Shown: piece by piece, positions 1 through 11,258 of the stretch
Layout: every line of letters starts with the position of its first letter
Position numbering within the stretch: the stretch's first letter is position 1
NCBI GenBank assembly: GCA_003213495.1
Contig: QCMW01000001.1
Location: 926,704 to 990,703, forward strand
Direction: 5' to 3'
DNA from: SAR86 cluster bacterium AG-422-O05
Lineage (GTDB): Bacteria > Pseudomonadota > Gammaproteobacteria > Magnimaribacterales > D2472
Length of the DNA stretch: 64,000 nt
The notes under the pieces: model-generated
What the model saw: the letters and a program-made list of their open reading frames with translations, nothing else
The model's database searches: none
What the model was told of the DNA's origin: nothing
Made by a program: the position numbers and the translations under genes

Positions 1-203
1 ATAATGCAAAAAAAGAAGTTGGCCAGGTTGCAGAAGGTTTAAGAACACTCTCTGTAATAAAAAATGAATCAGAAAGACTCAAAATAAACATGCCATTAGT
101 GGAATCTTTGTACACTATAATTTATGAAGACTCTAAACCTCATGAATTAATTAATGATTTAATTAATAATCCACATGAAGTTGATGTAGAATTTACTTAT
201 TGA
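1..203 (+). CDS. gpsA: 3' end of NAD(P)H-dependent glycerol-3-phosphate dehydrogenase (partial, runs off the window start)
   Basis: Frame +3 is open from the window edge to TGA at 201-203. The translation NAKKEVGQVAEGLRTLSVIKNESERLKINMPLVESLYTIIYEDSKPHELINDLI follows the GpsA C-terminal pattern (AEG..T...........MP.....Y.i.y....p.e....L). It is absent from the ORF track because it has no start codon. Confidence 0.55.
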   Translation, partial: NAKKEVGQVAEGLRTLSVIKNESERLKINMPLVESLYTIIYEDSKPHELINDLINNPHEVDVEFTY

Positions 204-565
204 TTATGAATACTATAAATAAAGAAGAATTATTAAAGTCTAGTAAATGGATTAGGTTTCTATTTATGGCTATGTATGCGGTGCTAATTAACTTTATAGT
301 TTTACCATTTTGTATCGCCTTATCTTTCATTCAGTTTCTTTTTGTTTTGTTTGCCTCAAAGCCTAACAAATCAATTGCAAATATTAATGAACACCTAATT
401 GAATTTTTTAATGACACTGTTGCTTTTTTGTTATTTCAAACTGAAGAAAAGCCATTTCCATTTAAAAGCAATGATGATGATGATTCATTGCCTCAAGAAG
501 AAGTTATTATTGAAGGTGAAGCAGATATAATACAAGACGAATCTTCAGAACAACCCAATAATTAA
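200..565 (+). CDS. DUF4389-like small membrane protein with an acidic C-terminal tail
   Basis: Has two hydrophobic helices and the pattern [17 protein letters not shown]..........[13 protein letters not shown], which is typical of DUF4389. The real start is probably ATG at 206. The stop shares the bases TTAA with the convergent folD stop. Confidence 0.5.
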   Translation: MIMNTINKEELLKSSKWIRFLFMAMYAVLINFIVLPFCIALSFIQFLFVLFASKPNKSIANINEHLIEFFNDTVAFLLFQTEEKPFPFKSNDDDDSLPQEEVIIEGEADIIQDESSEQPNN

Positions 566-1404
566 CTAGAAGAAGTTTTTTCTGCTGATTGCAGTGTGTG
601 TAAGATTAATGTGTTTATTGTCATAGGTCCCACGCCACCTGGAACCGGTGTATAGGCACTCGCAATATTTTCAATATTCTCTAAATCAATATCTCCACAT
701 TTTTCTGGATGATATCCAGCATCTATAACAACAGCATCTTTTTTAATCCATTTACTTTGAATAAATTTTGGAATACCAACAGCTCCTACAATAATATCAG
801 CCTTTTTAATTATATCTTCAAGATCTTTAGTTCTTGAATGACAAATGGTAACGGTGGCATTAAGATTTAATAACATCATGGCCATAGGTTTTCCTAGAAT
901 AGGACTTCTACCAACTACAACAGCATTAAGACCCTCTACGTCAATTTTATAATGTTCAATAAGCCTTATGATGCCTGCTGGAGTGCAGGAACCATAGGCT
1001 TCAATACCCATAGACATATTTCCAAAACCAAGACACGTAACTCCATCGACATCTTTATTAATATCAATTGCATCAAAACACAGCCGCTCATCAATCTGAG
1101 ATGGAACAGGATGTTGTAGTAATATTCCATGAACATCATTGTCATTATTTAATTCCTGAATCTTGCTTAATACTTCATTAGTAGTCGAAGTGTCAGGTAA
1201 TTCAACTGCAATTGATTTCATACCTACTCTAGCGCAAGTATTTCTTTTCATTTTCACATAAGTTTCTGAAGCTGGATCATTTCCAACCAAAATAGTTGCT
1301 AGGGTTGGAGTGATATCTTGAAGAGAAAGTTTTTTAACTTTTTCTTTAATTGAATCCTCAGAAACTTTTGATAGTTTTTTGCCATCTAATATTATTGCAC
1401 TCAT
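562..1404 (-). CDS. folD: bifunctional methylenetetrahydrofolate dehydrogenase/cyclohydrolase
   Basis: 280 aa. [12 protein letters not shown] start, [41 protein letters not shown] and [10 protein letters not shown] are all canonical FolD blocks. Confidence 0.92.
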   Translation of the reverse strand: MSAIILDGKKLSKVSEDSIKEKVKKLSLQDITPTLATILVGNDPASETYVKMKRNTCARVGMKSIAVELPDTSTTNEVLSKIQELNNDNDVHGILLQHPVPSQIDERLCFDAIDINKDVDGVTCLGFGNMSMGIEAYGSCTPAGIIRLIEHYKIDVEGLNAVVVGRSPILGKPMAMMLLNLNATVTICHSRTKDLEDIIKKADIIVGAVGIPKFIQSKWIKKDAVVIDAGYHPEKCGDIDLENIENIASAYTPVPGGVGPMTINTLILHTLQSAEKTSSS

Positions 1405-1445
1405 GTTAATATTATCTCATTAAAGAATATTTATGCCTACGATGA

Positions 1446-1474
1446 TTGCTTATTTTTAATATTGACTTTAATAT
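1446..1474 (+). promoter_or_regulatory. candidate sigma-70 promoter for the tRNA-Pro/tRNA-Arg(/trhO) unit
   Basis: TTGCTT (1446-1451), 17-bp spacer, TAATAT (1469-1474), 9 nt before the tRNA-Pro 5' end. Confidence 0.3.
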
Positions 1475-1483
1475 TTGCATCCT

Positions 1484-1560
1484 CGGGGTATAGCGCAGTC
1501 TGGTAGCGCACTCGCTTTGGGAGCGAGTGGTCGTAAGTTCGAATCTTACTACCCCGACCA
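1484..1560 (+). tRNA. tRNA-Pro (anticodon UGG)
   Basis: Hand-folded cloverleaf: acceptor CGGGGTA/TACCCCG, anticodon stem CTCGC/GCGAG with loop TTTGGGA, T-loop TTCGAAT, encoded CCA. Confidence 0.9.
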
Positions 1561-1561
1561 A

Positions 1562-1638
<77 letters not shown>

Positions 1639-1646
1639 TTTTAAGT

Positions 1647-2579
1647 ATGTATAAAGTAGCTACCTTATATAAATTTTCAAAAATTTTGGACCCTTTCAAA
1701 ATCCATAACAGCATTCGCACTAAATTAAAAAGTCTATCTGTATGTGGCACAATTTTAGTTGGAAAGGAGGGTATAAACGGAACTATCTCAGCTTACTCAA
1801 AAAACAGTATAGACAATGCGATTAAATTCATTTCAAAGTTGGATGGCTTTAATAATTTAGATGTTAAGTACTCAACTTCTAAGAAAAAGCCATTTGTGAG
1901 ATTGAAAGTTAAATTAAAAAAAGAAATTGTAACAATAGGAGACACCACCATTGATCCAACAAAAGTAGTTGGAGAATATGTAAATCCAGCAGATTGGAAT
2001 GAACTTATCGATAATAAGAATACAATCATTATAGATACAAGGAATAACTACGAGAATTCTATAGGCACCTTTAAAAAATCTTTAAATCCTAAAACTTCTA
2101 AATTTAGAGAATTTCCAAATTGGATAAAAAAACAAAAATTTTCAAAAGAAGATAAAAAGAATAAAAATATAGCGATGTTTTGCACTGGTGGCATCAGGTG
2201 TGAAAAAGCATCATCCTTAATGAAAGAACAAGGTTTTGAAAATGTTTTTCATCTTAAAGGAGGTATTTTAAAATATTTTGAGGATGTGCCTGAAACAGAT
2301 ACTAGATGGCAAGGTGAGTGTTTCGTGTTTGATGACAGAGTATCAGTAAAGCATGATCTTTCAGAGGGAACATATGATATGTGTCATGGATGTAGAATGC
2401 CAATTACAGAAAATGATAAGTTATCAGCAAAATATATACGAGGAGTTGCATGTCCTGATTGCTTTGACAAAACTACAGAAGAGCAGAAATCAAGATATAT
2501 GAGTAGACAAAAACAAGTTGATCTTGCAAAAAAAAGAAATCAAAAACATATTGGACCAAAAGAAGAGATCTTAAATTAA
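1647..2579 (+). CDS. trhO: rhodanese-domain tRNA uridine(34) hydroxylase (UPF0176/YceA family)
   Basis: 310 aa. N-terminal ATLYKF...L..........G.ILVGKEGINGTIS, rhodanese active-site loop MFCTGGIRCEKAS, and a C-terminal Cys cluster (CHGC...CPDC). Confidence 0.8.
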   Translation: MYKVATLYKFSKILDPFKIHNSIRTKLKSLSVCGTILVGKEGINGTISAYSKNSIDNAIKFISKLDGFNNLDVKYSTSKKKPFVRLKVKLKKEIVTIGDTTIDPTKVVGEYVNPADWNELIDNKNTIIIDTRNNYENSIGTFKKSLNPKTSKFREFPNWIKKQKFSKEDKKNKNIAMFCTGGIRCEKASSLMKEQGFENVFHLKGGILKYFEDVPETDTRWQGECFVFDDRVSVKHDLSEGTYDMCHGCRMPITENDKLSAKYIRGVACPDCFDKTTEEQKSRYMSRQKQVDLAKKRNQKHIGPKEEILN

Positions 2580-2584
2580 ATGCT

Positions 2585-3235
2585 ATGAAATATCCTATCT
2601 TATATTCCTTTAAAAGATGTCCATATGCAATGCGTGCAAGAATGGCACTTCAACTTGCAGGCATAAAGTGTGAACTGAGAGAAGTTAGACTCAATAATAA
2701 ACCTGATCATATGTTGGAAGCTTCTCCAAAGGGAACTGTTCCTGTTCTTGTGCTTGGTGATAAAGTTATTGATGAAAGTAATGACATAATAAACTGGGTA
2801 CTTAATGACCATAAAATATTTGAAGTCAATCTAAGCGATGAACAATCAAATTTAGCTAAAGATCTAATTGAATTATTTGATGAAAAATTTAAATTTCATT
2901 TAGACAGATATAAATATGCAACAAGATATGAAAATTCAGATACAGAACTGCATCAATCTAAATGTATGCAAATACTAAAAAATCTTGAAAAAATTATTCC
3001 TAAAAGTAATTGGATTTTTGGGGAAGATATTAGTAAATTAGATATATCTATATTGCCATTTATTAGGCAATTCAGAATTGCTAACCCAGAATGGTTTGAT
3101 TCTCAAGAGGGGATTGAGAAATTACAGAATGTACTAAACAACTTCTTAGAATCAAAGTTATTCAAGGATATAATGCATGTATACGATGTTTGGAAAAAAG
3201 ATTCAGAACCAGTTTTTTTTCCAATCACCAATTAG
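2585..3235 (+). CDS. GST-fold / glutaredoxin-2-like protein
   Basis: 216 aa. N-terminal thioredoxin-like motif YSFKRCPYAMRARMAL...GTVPVL followed by a helical C-domain. Size and layout resemble Grx2/GST N-terminal-domain proteins. Confidence 0.6.
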   Translation: MKYPILYSFKRCPYAMRARMALQLAGIKCELREVRLNNKPDHMLEASPKGTVPVLVLGDKVIDESNDIINWVLNDHKIFEVNLSDEQSNLAKDLIELFDEKFKFHLDRYKYATRYENSDTELHQSKCMQILKNLEKIIPKSNWIFGEDISKLDISILPFIRQFRIANPEWFDSQEGIEKLQNVLNNFLESKLFKDIMHVYDVWKKDSEPVFFPITN

Positions 3236-3353
3236 TAGGATGATTATTTGATGACTTATCTTTAGTACCTTGATTTTTTTTTATTAACATTGCTCCAACT
3301 ACCGCAAGCACAATAATTATTAGCAAGGGCAACATTTGCAATATTAGAGTCAT
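3225..3353 (-). CDS. possible 42-aa single-TM peptide (MTLILQMLPLLIIIVLAVVGAMLIKKNQGTKDKSSNNHPTNW)
   Basis: Hand-translated ORF below the ORF-track size cutoff, lying downstream of gdh and the 83-aa ORF on the same strand. It has a hydrophobic helix followed by a basic tail and overlaps the 3' end of the convergent GST gene by 11 nt. Confidence 0.25.
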   Translation of the reverse strand: MTLILQMLPLLIIIVLAVVGAMLIKKNQGTKDKSSNNHPTNW

Positions 3354-3370
3354 GTTCACGTTCACAAATG

Positions 3371-3622
3371 CTATTCCTCTTTCTCATAAATTACATATAC
3401 ACCATCACCCCATGTGAATAGCCCAAATGTAAGAATTAGAACAACTAGTCTAAGTATTCTGAGTAAAGCATTTTGATCACTGCCGGGAACAATATTTATA
3501 ACTCTCCAGCCATATTCATTAGCTTGAGCGACTCTGCTGTTAATCGTATCTTTTGGATTTACTGCCAGCCATCCAATTAATCCACCTATAAATGAAATTT
3601 CATCAATTTTATTTCTTTTCAT
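3371..3622 (-). CDS. hypothetical small membrane protein (83 aa)
   Basis: ORF 19 nt downstream of gdh with two hydrophobic segments (FIGGLIGWLAV, LRLVVLILTFGLFTW). I recognise no family. Confidence 0.4.
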   Translation of the reverse strand: MKRNKIDEISFIGGLIGWLAVNPKDTINSRVAQANEYGWRVINIVPGSDQNALLRILRLVVLILTFGLFTWGDGVYVIYEKEE

Positions 3623-3641
3623 AATATTTTCCTTTTAGAAT

Positions 3642-5042
3642 TTATAAACCAATAAAGTCATATGATAAGGCAATTTTTTCAATTGCTGCCTTAAAAGCGG
3701 CAGTTCTGAAATCAGGTATTTTATCCGTTTTAAGAAATTCTTTTTTAACATTTTGAAATCCATCAATCATCATATCATCTAAGCCTGATCTAATTAGATC
3801 AATTTCTTCTATACCATTATGAAAGTTTGATTTATATTTTGCAGGCATAGTCTTACCTGTCATTGATTCAATAGCTTCAATTAAATTATTAAGTTGAATT
3901 TGATTTCTTCTTTTTTCAAGTCTTCCAAATCTAATATGCCTTAGATTTTTCACCCACTCAAAATAACTAACGGCCACACCTCCACCATTAGCAAGTATGT
4001 CTGGTATCACGAATATTTTTTTTCTATTTAAAATTTGATTACCTTTGTAACTAATAGGACCGTTAGCAGCTTCCACAATTAATCTAGCTGAAATATCTTC
4101 AGCATTTTTTTCAGTGATAACATTTTCACGAGCAGCTGGAATCAAAATATCGCATTTTCTTTTTAGCAACAATGATGAATCTTTTATAAAAGTTGCTTTA
4201 GGATAGTTTTCAAATGAATTATGTTTAGTAAAATATTTTTTTGCATGTTCAACATTTATTCCATCTTCGTTATAAATACCGCCGTTGAACTCTGAAATAC
4301 CAATTAACCTGATACCATCATCCTCTGTAAGAAATTTTGACAAGTGATAACCAACATTGCCAAGGCCTTGCAATATAAATGATTTAGTTGATAAATCATT
4401 ATTAAGTTTTACAAGTTTCAACAAATCTGGATTTCTAAAAAATTCTCTAACAATATATTGAACTCCTCTTCCGGTAGCTTCTTCTCTTCCCACAAGACCA
4501 TTTTTACTAGGAGGCTTTCCAGTCACACATGCTGAACCATTGATGTCTGCTGGATGTATTTTTCTATATTCGTCGGCAATCCATGCCATTTCTTTTGATG
4601 AAGTTCCAATATCAGGCGCAGGAACATTCGTGGACGGACTTATAAGGTCTCTTTTAATTAATTCTTGTGCAAACCTTCTAGTGATTTTTTCTAACTCTCT
4701 GCTTTCCCACTGAGTTGGATCAATTTTGAGTCCACCCTTAGAACCACCGTATGGTACGTTGATAATAGCGCATTTGTAAGACATTAATGCTGCGAGAGCT
4801 TCTACTTCTTCTGCGTGAGTATCCATATCAAACCTAATGCCACCTTTTGTAGGTTCCATATGCTCAGAATGAACGGAGCGCCAACCTTCAAATGTATAGA
4901 TTTGTCCTCTAAGCCTTACACCAAATCTCACAGTATAAGTAGAATTACAAGTAATAATTTTCTTAGCTAAATCATCAGATAGTTCAGAGTACTTAAGTGC
5001 TTTATTTACATACCTATTGGTATCTAATAAAAAATTATTCAT
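3642..5042 (-). CDS. gdh: NAD(P)-dependent glutamate dehydrogenase (Glu/Leu/Phe/Val dehydrogenase family)
   Basis: 466 aa. Motifs KGGIRF, catalytic-lysine block PYGGSKGG, and dinucleotide fold GLGNVG. A GGGGTGAG Shine-Dalgarno sequence precedes the ATG. Confidence 0.85.
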   Translation of the reverse strand: MNNFLLDTNRYVNKALKYSELSDDLAKKIITCNSTYTVRFGVRLRGQIYTFEGWRSVHSEHMEPTKGGIRFDMDTHAEEVEALAALMSYKCAIINVPYGGSKGGLKIDPTQWESRELEKITRRFAQELIKRDLISPSTNVPAPDIGTSSKEMAWIADEYRKIHPADINGSACVTGKPPSKNGLVGREEATGRGVQYIVREFFRNPDLLKLVKLNNDLSTKSFILQGLGNVGYHLSKFLTEDDGIRLIGISEFNGGIYNEDGINVEHAKKYFTKHNSFENYPKATFIKDSSLLLKRKCDILIPAARENVITEKNAEDISARLIVEAANGPISYKGNQILNRKKIFVIPDILANGGGVAVSYFEWVKNLRHIRFGRLEKRRNQIQLNNLIEAIESMTGKTMPAKYKSNFHNGIEEIDLIRSGLDDMMIDGFQNVKKEFLKTDKIPDFRTAAFKAAIEKIALSYDFIGL

Positions 5043-5127
5043 GTCTCACCCCTATGTAAGTAGTGATATATTAGCATTAATAAAAAAATAGATAATAATT
5101 TTTTTTAAACTATAATAGCTTGCTCGT

Positions 5128-5205
5128 GGCGGGCGTAGCTCAGTTGGTTAGAGCGCTGGATTGTGGCTCCGGAGGCCGTGGGTTCGAACCCCATCGCTCG
5201 CCCCA
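5128..5205 (+). tRNA. tRNA-His (anticodon GUG)
   Basis: Extra G(-1) pairing with C73, acceptor GCGGGCG/CGCTCGC, anticodon stem CTGGA/TCCGG with loop TTGTGGC, encoded CCA. A perfect TATAAT at 5111-5116 lies 11 nt upstream. Confidence 0.9.
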
Positions 5206-5224
5206 ATATATAAGGTAATAACAC

Positions 5225-6526
5225 ATGAAAGTTAGCGTTAAAAAACTTAAAGATTTAGAAAGAAAAATTACAATTAAAGTTCCTGTAGAGGATTATGAAA
5301 GTAAATTTAAATCAAAAATCAAAAATATAAAAACTAAAGCTAAAATTGACGGTTTTAGAAAAGGAAATGTTCCAAGCGATGTTTTGGAACAAAGATATGG
5401 ACAATCAATTCATGCTGATGTTGTTAATGAGTTAATTCAAGAATCATACCCAAAGGTAATTAGAGATAACAAAATTAGACCAGCATCTTCACCAAAGGTG
5501 ACAATAGATTCTGAAGATCCCAAAAAACCTCTTACTTATTCTGCAATCATTGAAGTTTTTCCTGAAATAAAACCAAAATTTTCTAGATGGTCTAATTACG
5601 ATGAATTTTCTATAGAAATTGAAGATAGTGATATTGATAAGGCAATTGCTGATATCTTTAAAAGATATGGTGATTGGAAAGATGTAGATAGAGAAGCAAA
5701 ATTAGATGATCAAGTTGTTATAGATTTTTTAGGTAAGATTGACGGTGAAGAGTTTGAAGGAAATTCTGCTCAAGATTTTAAATTAATTTTGGGAAGCAAA
5801 TCAATGATTCCTGGATTTGAAGATAATATAGTGGGAAAAAAGCCGTCAACATTTTCAATTGATTGTGTATTTCCAGAAGATTATTTTAAAAAAGACTTAG
5901 CAGGTGTTTCTGCACAATTTGAAATAAATCTTAAAAGTATCCAGGAAATTACTGAAGCAAAAGCAGATAAAGATCTTTATAAAAAATTACAAATGGAGGT
6001 TAAAAATCAATCTGAATTTACTGAAGAAATTACAAAAAGAATGAAGAATGAGGTTGCAGTTCAAGAAAAAGAGCTTACTAAGGAATCAATGTATGAATCG
6101 TTACTTAAAACTAATAAATTCAAGGCACCGCAAGCAACTGTTAATGAACAAGCAGACTTAATGAGAAAAGATGCTTTAATGAGAATAGGGCATACTGAAG
6201 ATAACGCTGGTGAAGATTTATTTCCAGTTGATACTTTTTTAGAAAAAGCCGAAAAAAGAGTTAGATTAGATTTATTATTTGCTGAATTGGTTAAGCATTT
6301 TGAAATTAAGGTTGAAAAAAATCAGATCGATGATTTTATTGAAGAAGAATCTAAAAGATATAAGGATCCAGATCAATATAAAAAATGGATAACTGGTCAG
6401 CCTCAGCAACTTGAACAATTTAGAATGATAGTTTTAGAAGAACAATTAGTTGAAAAATTACAAAATGTACTTAAATCAAAGAAGAAAGTGATAAAATTTT
6501 CAGAATTAGCAGATAGACAGGTTTAG
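5225..6526 (+). CDS. tig: trigger factor
   Basis: 433 aa. N-terminal ribosome-binding motif GFRKGNVP, central FKBP-type PPIase region ([16 protein letters not shown]), and position upstream of clpPX. Confidence 0.9.
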   Translation: MKVSVKKLKDLERKITIKVPVEDYESKFKSKIKNIKTKAKIDGFRKGNVPSDVLEQRYGQSIHADVVNELIQESYPKVIRDNKIRPASSPKVTIDSEDPKKPLTYSAIIEVFPEIKPKFSRWSNYDEFSIEIEDSDIDKAIADIFKRYGDWKDVDREAKLDDQVVIDFLGKIDGEEFEGNSAQDFKLILGSKSMIPGFEDNIVGKKPSTFSIDCVFPEDYFKKDLAGVSAQFEINLKSIQEITEAKADKDLYKKLQMEVKNQSEFTEEITKRMKNEVAVQEKELTKESMYESLLKTNKFKAPQATVNEQADLMRKDALMRIGHTEDNAGEDLFPVDTFLEKAEKRVRLDLLFAELVKHFEIKVEKNQIDDFIEEESKRYKDPDQYKKWITGQPQQLEQFRMIVLEEQLVEKLQNVLKSKKKVIKFSELADRQV

Positions 6527-6528
6527 TT

Positions 6529-7131
6529 ATGACAGATTTTAATTCAGCATTAATCCCAATGGTTGTTGAGCAAACACCTCGTGGAGAGAGATCTTTTGAT
6601 ATTTACTCTAGACTACTTAAAGAAAGAGTAATTTTTTTATCAGGACCTATTGATGACTACATATCAAATCTTGTGGTTGCACAATTATTATTTTTAGAGT
6701 CTGAAAATCCTGAAAAAGACATTTCAATATACATAAACTCACCTGGTGGGAGTATTTCAGCAGGATTGGCAATATATGACACTATGCAGTTTGTTAAACC
6801 AAGCATTTCTACTTTATGTATTGGTCAAGCAGCAAGTATGGGAGCATTACTACTTGCAGGAGGAGATAGCAAAAAAAGGTTTGCGCTACCAAACTCTAGA
6901 ATAATGATTCATCAACCCTTAGGAGGTTTTCAAGGTCAAGCATCAGATTTTGAAATACATGCTAAAGAAATTCTTCACATGAAAAAAATCGTAAATGAAA
7001 TATTATCTAAACATACTGGCCAGTCGATTAAAAAAATTGAAAAAGATACTGATCGGGATAATTTTTTAGATGCAAAAGCTGCAGTTGCTTATGGTATCGT
7101 AGATAGTATTCTTGAACAAAGAGGTTCCTAA
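6529..7131 (+). CDS. clpP: ATP-dependent Clp protease proteolytic subunit
   Basis: 200 aa. [18 protein letters not shown], catalytic Ser block GQAASMGA and His block MIHQPLGG. Confidence 0.95.
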   Translation: MTDFNSALIPMVVEQTPRGERSFDIYSRLLKERVIFLSGPIDDYISNLVVAQLLFLESENPEKDISIYINSPGGSISAGLAIYDTMQFVKPSISTLCIGQAASMGALLLAGGDSKKRFALPNSRIMIHQPLGGFQGQASDFEIHAKEILHMKKIVNEILSKHTGQSIKKIEKDTDRDNFLDAKAAVAYGIVDSILEQRGS

Positions 7132-8388
7132 ATGGTTGATGATTTAAAGACAGATAAGTTGAATTGTTCTTTTTGCGGCAAGGCCCAGAATGAAGTGAAA
7201 AAGCTTATTGCAGGACCAAGTGTATATATTTGTAACGAGTGTGTCGATTTATGTAATGATATCATCGAAGAAGAAGTTAAGAGTGAAGAAGATTCACCAA
7301 ATGATTACTTACTTTCTCCATTAGAAATATTTAACAAACTTGATGACTACGTAATTGGGCAAGAAAAAGCAAAGAAAGTTTTATCAGTTGCTGTTTATAA
7401 TCATTATAAGCGATTAAAAAAATCAACTTCAAAGGAAAATGTTGAATTACAAAAAAGTAATGTTCTTCTTTTGGGTCCAACAGGAAGTGGTAAAACGTTA
7501 CTTGCACAAACATTAGCAAAAATTTTAAATGTGCCTTTTACGATCGCTGATGCAACAACTTTAACTGAGGCTGGATATGTAGGAGAGGATGTTGAAAACA
7601 TTATTCAGAAACTTCTACAGCAGGCAGATTATGATTCTGAAAAAGCTGAACTTGGTATTGTTTACATTGATGAGATAGATAAGATTGCCAGAAAGTCAGA
7701 CAATCCTTCAATTACGAGAGATGTTTCTGGAGAAGGCGTACAACAAGCCTTACTCAAACTAATTGAGGGTACTGTTGCCTCTATTCCGCCTCAAGGTGGC
7801 AGAAAGCATCCACAACAAGAATTTATACAAATTGATACTTCAAATATTTTATTTATTTGTGGGGGAGCTTTTTCTGGCCTAAATAAAGTTATCGAACAAA
7901 GAACAAATAATGTTGGTATTGGCTTTGGAGCCGATGTTAATAAGAACTTTGATGTAACAACAAAAAATAAAAATATTGAAGATCTAGAGCCTGAAGATTT
8001 AGTCAAATATGGTCTTATTCCAGAGTTTGTTGGAAGATTGCCTGTAATTTCTACACTACAAGAGCTTGATGAAGAGGCACTTGTAAGAATTTTAAAAGAG
8101 CCAAAAAATGCATTAGTTAATCAATATAAACATTTATTTGATATTGATGGAGTTGAATTATCATTTAGAGATGAAGCTCTTATAGAAATCGCTAAACAAG
8201 CCATCAAAAGAAAAACTGGTGCCAGAGGTTTACGCTCAATAATGGAAGACCTTTTAATGGATACTATGTTTGGATTGCCTAATAACGAACTTGAGAAAGT
8301 GATCATTGATGAAAAAACAGCAATTTCTAAAACTGAACCAATTAAACTTTTTAAAACAAAATCAAAAAAAACATCATCTGGTAATTGA
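7132..8388 (+). CDS. clpX: ATP-dependent Clp protease ATP-binding subunit ClpX
   Basis: 418 aa. N-terminal zinc finger CSFCGK...CNEC, Walker A GPTGSGKT, Walker [10 protein letters not shown], and GARGLRS. Confidence 0.95.
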   Translation: MVDDLKTDKLNCSFCGKAQNEVKKLIAGPSVYICNECVDLCNDIIEEEVKSEEDSPNDYLLSPLEIFNKLDDYVIGQEKAKKVLSVAVYNHYKRLKKSTSKENVELQKSNVLLLGPTGSGKTLLAQTLAKILNVPFTIADATTLTEAGYVGEDVENIIQKLLQQADYDSEKAELGIVYIDEIDKIARKSDNPSITRDVSGEGVQQALLKLIEGTVASIPPQGGRKHPQQEFIQIDTSNILFICGGAFSGLNKVIEQRTNNVGIGFGADVNKNFDVTTKNKNIEDLEPEDLVKYGLIPEFVGRLPVISTLQELDEEALVRILKEPKNALVNQYKHLFDIDGVELSFRDEALIEIAKQAIKRKTGARGLRSIMEDLLMDTMFGLPNNELEKVIIDEKTAISKTEPIKLFKTKSKKTSSGN

Positions 8389-8418
8389 TATTTAATCAAT
8401 TATCCCTATATTTAGACT

Positions 8419-10821
8419 ATGAACAGTGTAAAGTCTGATTTACCTTTAATTCCCTTAAGAGATGTGGTTGTCTTCCCAGGCATAGTTACAACTTTATTTG
8501 TTGGCAGAGCAAAGTCTGTTGAGGCATTGAATATAGCAATGTCATCAAATAAAAAATTAGTATTAGTAAGCCAAAAAGATGCATCTAATGAAGATCCGGA
8601 TGCTCAAGATATATTTAAATATGGATCGATTAGTAATTTATTACAGTTAATTAAGTTGCCTGACGGAACAATGAAAGTATTAGTTGAAGGTGATAAAAGG
8701 TGCTTTATCGAAAAAGTAATTGAAAAAGATAATTACACATTAGCAAGAGTAACAGAAGAGATTGATAAACCACTTAAAGAAAGTGAATCAAAAAATATTG
8801 TTAGATTAATCAAAGCTAAATTTGAGGACTACATCAGTGTAACAAAAAGAATACCTCCCGAAATTGTTTCAACAGTCGATTCGCTTGATGAGCTGTCGAG
8901 ATTAATTGACACAATTACTGGTCACTTACCAATTGATACATTAAGAAAGCAAGAAATATTAGAAACATCAGACTTAAAAGATAGGTCAGAAAAAGTTTTA
9001 ACTTTCATTGAATCTCAACTTGATGTTGTAGATGTTGAAAAGAAAGTTCGTGACAGAGTAAAAAAACAAATGGAGAAATCTCAAAGAGAGTATTACTTAA
9101 ATGAACAAATTAAAGCTGCTCAGAAAGAGCTTGGTGAGATTGGTGAAGATGGAGATGAGCTTGAAAATTTAGAAAAGAAGATCCATGAAGTTGGGATGAC
9201 AAAAGAAGCTCTCAAAAAAGCTAAAACTGAATTAGCTAAATTTAAACATATGGCACCTTCGTCTGCAGAAGCTTCTGTTGTTAGAACCTATTTAGATTGT
9301 TTAGTAGATGTTCCATGGAAAAAGAAATCAAAGATTAAAACCGATATTAAAGCATCTATGGATATTTTAGAGAAAGATCATTATGGTCTTGAAGAAGTTA
9401 AAGAAAGGATAGTGGAGTACTTGGCTGTTCAAAAAAGAGTCAAGTCAATGAAAGCTCCTGTTCTATGCTTAGTTGGTCCGCCAGGAGTAGGTAAAACTTC
9501 ACTTGGCGAGTCAATTGCTAGGGCTACTAATAGAAAATTTGTAAGAATGTCTTTGGGTGGTGTTAGAGATGAATCTGAAATCAGAGGTCATAGAAGAACA
9601 TATATCGGTTCTATGCCTGGAAAGATAATACAGAAACTTTCTAAAGTTGGCGTCAAAAACCCTCTATTTCTTCTTGATGAAATTGACAAAATTGGCATGG
9701 ATCATAGAGGCGACCCAGCATCAGCTTTACTAGAAGTTCTTGATCCAGAACAAAATAATACATTTAGTGATCACTATCTTGAAGTCGATTATGATTTATC
9801 TGAAGTAATGTTCGTATGTACTGCTAACAGTCTAAACATTCCAACTCCCTTACTTGATAGAATGGAAATTATTCGCATACCTGGATATATAGAAGACGAA
9901 AAAATTAATATAGCAAATAAATATTTACTTCCTAAACAAATGGAGAGGAATGGTATTAATGAAAATGAAATTAAGATTAATAAAAACGTTATATTATCGT
10001 TAATAAGATACTATACCAGAGAGGCTGGTGTAAGAGGTCTAGAGAGGCAAATTGCAAAAATTCTGAGAAAGGTTGTTAAAGAGCGACTTGTCAATGAAGC
10101 TAAATCTGATAAGGATAAAGCTACATCGATTACACAAAAAAACTTAGAGAAGTATTCAGGAGTTAAAAAGTTTAAATATGGTGTTGCAGAAAAAGATAAT
10201 GCTATTGGCCAAGTAACTGGACTCGCATGGACAGAGGTTGGTGGGGAGTTATTAACAATAGAAGCGTCTCACATCGAAGGTAAGGGCAGAGTTATTAAAA
10301 CAGGATCCCTCGGAGATGTGATGCAAGAATCTATTCAAGCTGCCTTAACAGTTGTAAGATCTCGTGCTGAATCTCTAGGAATCAAGCCTAATTTTTATGA
10401 GAAATATGACGTGCATATTCATGTACCTGAGGGTGCGATTCCCAAAGATGGTCCAAGTGCTGGCGGTGCAATGGCGATTTCACTGATTTCTATTTTTACC
10501 GGAATACCTGTTAGAGCAGATACAGCAATGACTGGTGAAATTACTCTTCGAGGCCAGATTTTAAAAATTGGCGGTTTAAAAGAAAAGCTTCTAGCTGCTA
10601 AAAGAGGTGGAATTAAAAATGTTATCATCCCTAAAGATAATGAACCTGATCTTCAAGAAGTTCCAGAACAAATAACAAAATCTTTAAATATAATACCTGT
10701 TGAATGGATTGATGAAGTGATTTCTTCAGCACTTACCGAAGAGCCAATACCTTCATCTAAAAAAGTTAAAAGCCAAAAATCAAAAAATTCTGCTAAATCA
10801 GAAAATAAGCAACCTCACTAA
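8419..10821 (+). CDS. lon: Lon protease
   Basis: 800 aa. LON N-domain, Walker A GPPGVGKTS, and protease Ser block PKDGPSAG with the catalytic K in LKEKLLAAKRGG. Confidence 0.95.
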   Translation: MNSVKSDLPLIPLRDVVVFPGIVTTLFVGRAKSVEALNIAMSSNKKLVLVSQKDASNEDPDAQDIFKYGSISNLLQLIKLPDGTMKVLVEGDKRCFIEKVIEKDNYTLARVTEEIDKPLKESESKNIVRLIKAKFEDYISVTKRIPPEIVSTVDSLDELSRLIDTITGHLPIDTLRKQEILETSDLKDRSEKVLTFIESQLDVVDVEKKVRDRVKKQMEKSQREYYLNEQIKAAQKELGEIGEDGDELENLEKKIHEVGMTKEALKKAKTELAKFKHMAPSSAEASVVRTYLDCLVDVPWKKKSKIKTDIKASMDILEKDHYGLEEVKERIVEYLAVQKRVKSMKAPVLCLVGPPGVGKTSLGESIARATNRKFVRMSLGGVRDESEIRGHRRTYIGSMPGKIIQKLSKVGVKNPLFLLDEIDKIGMDHRGDPASALLEVLDPEQNNTFSDHYLEVDYDLSEVMFVCTANSLNIPTPLLDRMEIIRIPGYIEDEKINIANKYLLPKQMERNGINENEIKINKNVILSLIRYYTREAGVRGLERQIAKILRKVVKERLVNEAKSDKDKATSITQKNLEKYSGVKKFKYGVAEKDNAIGQVTGLAWTEVGGELLTIEASHIEGKGRVIKTGSLGDVMQESIQAALTVVRSRAESLGIKPNFYEKYDVHIHVPEGAIPKDGPSAGGAMAISLISIFTGIPVRADTAMTGEITLRGQILKIGGLKEKLLAAKRGGIKNVIIPKDNEPDLQEVPEQITKSLNIIPVEWIDEVISSALTEEPIPSSKKVKSQKSKNSAKSENKQPH

Positions 10822-10908
10822 ACCCCCTTATTTACTTGACTTTTAAGCCTAAAAGGCTTTACATAGAGAGGTATTTATTAAATTAATTTCACAGAGGAGT
10901 GTTTAAAT

Positions 10909-11196
10909 ATGAATAAATCAGATTTAGTTGATGCAGTAGCAGGAAGCGCTGACATGTCAAAAGCTCAGGCAGCTCATGCAGTTGATGCTGTTTTAGATGG
11001 TATTTCAGGAGCTCTAAGTAATGGTGATTCTGTTGCCTTAGTTGGTTTTGGAACTTTTTCAGTAAGACATAGAGCAGCTAGAGAGGGAAGAAATCCTTCT
11101 ACTGGTGAAGCAATGCACATAGCGGCATCTAACGTCCCTGGCTTTAAAGCTGGTAAAGCTCTTAAAGACGCAGTTAAAGCTGGTAACCCTGCTTAA
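10909..11196 (+). CDS. hupB: DNA-binding protein HU
   Basis: 95 aa. [11 protein letters not shown]..., [22 protein letters not shown] (the HU arm), and conserved position between lon and ppiD. Confidence 0.88.
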   Translation: MNKSDLVDAVAGSADMSKAQAAHAVDAVLDGISGALSNGDSVALVGFGTFSVRHRAAREGRNPSTGEAMHIAASNVPGFKAGKALKDAVKAGNPA

Positions 11197-11213
11197 ATTG
11201 AGATAGTTTTTAG

Positions 11214-11239
11214 AAGGGTGCTTACGCACCCTTTTTTTT
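11214..11239 (+). terminator. rho-independent terminator after hupB
   Basis: AAGGGTGC / TTAC loop / GCACCCTT followed by a T-run. Confidence 0.7.
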
Positions 11240-11258
11240 ATTCTATAATATCGCCACC

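Noticed and set aside
7331-8399. Several 60-100-aa antisense ORFs inside clpX. Similar ones lie inside lon (10419-10628), ppiD (12827-13120), the TBDRs (22563-22859, 23611-23805, 32227-33089, 51665-51892), the BVMO (42200-43095), the S9 peptidase (49232-50574) and others.
   Set aside because: All are embedded in, and shorter than, well-supported conserved genes on the other strand or frame. They have low-complexity or odd composition and no start context. They are shadow ORFs.
10909-11196. hupB looks more G+C-rich than its neighbours, which could suggest horizontal transfer
   Set aside because: The difference is explained by the Ala/Gly/Val-rich HU sequence and by high-expression codon choice. 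The gene sits in its canonical lon-hupB-ppiD position.
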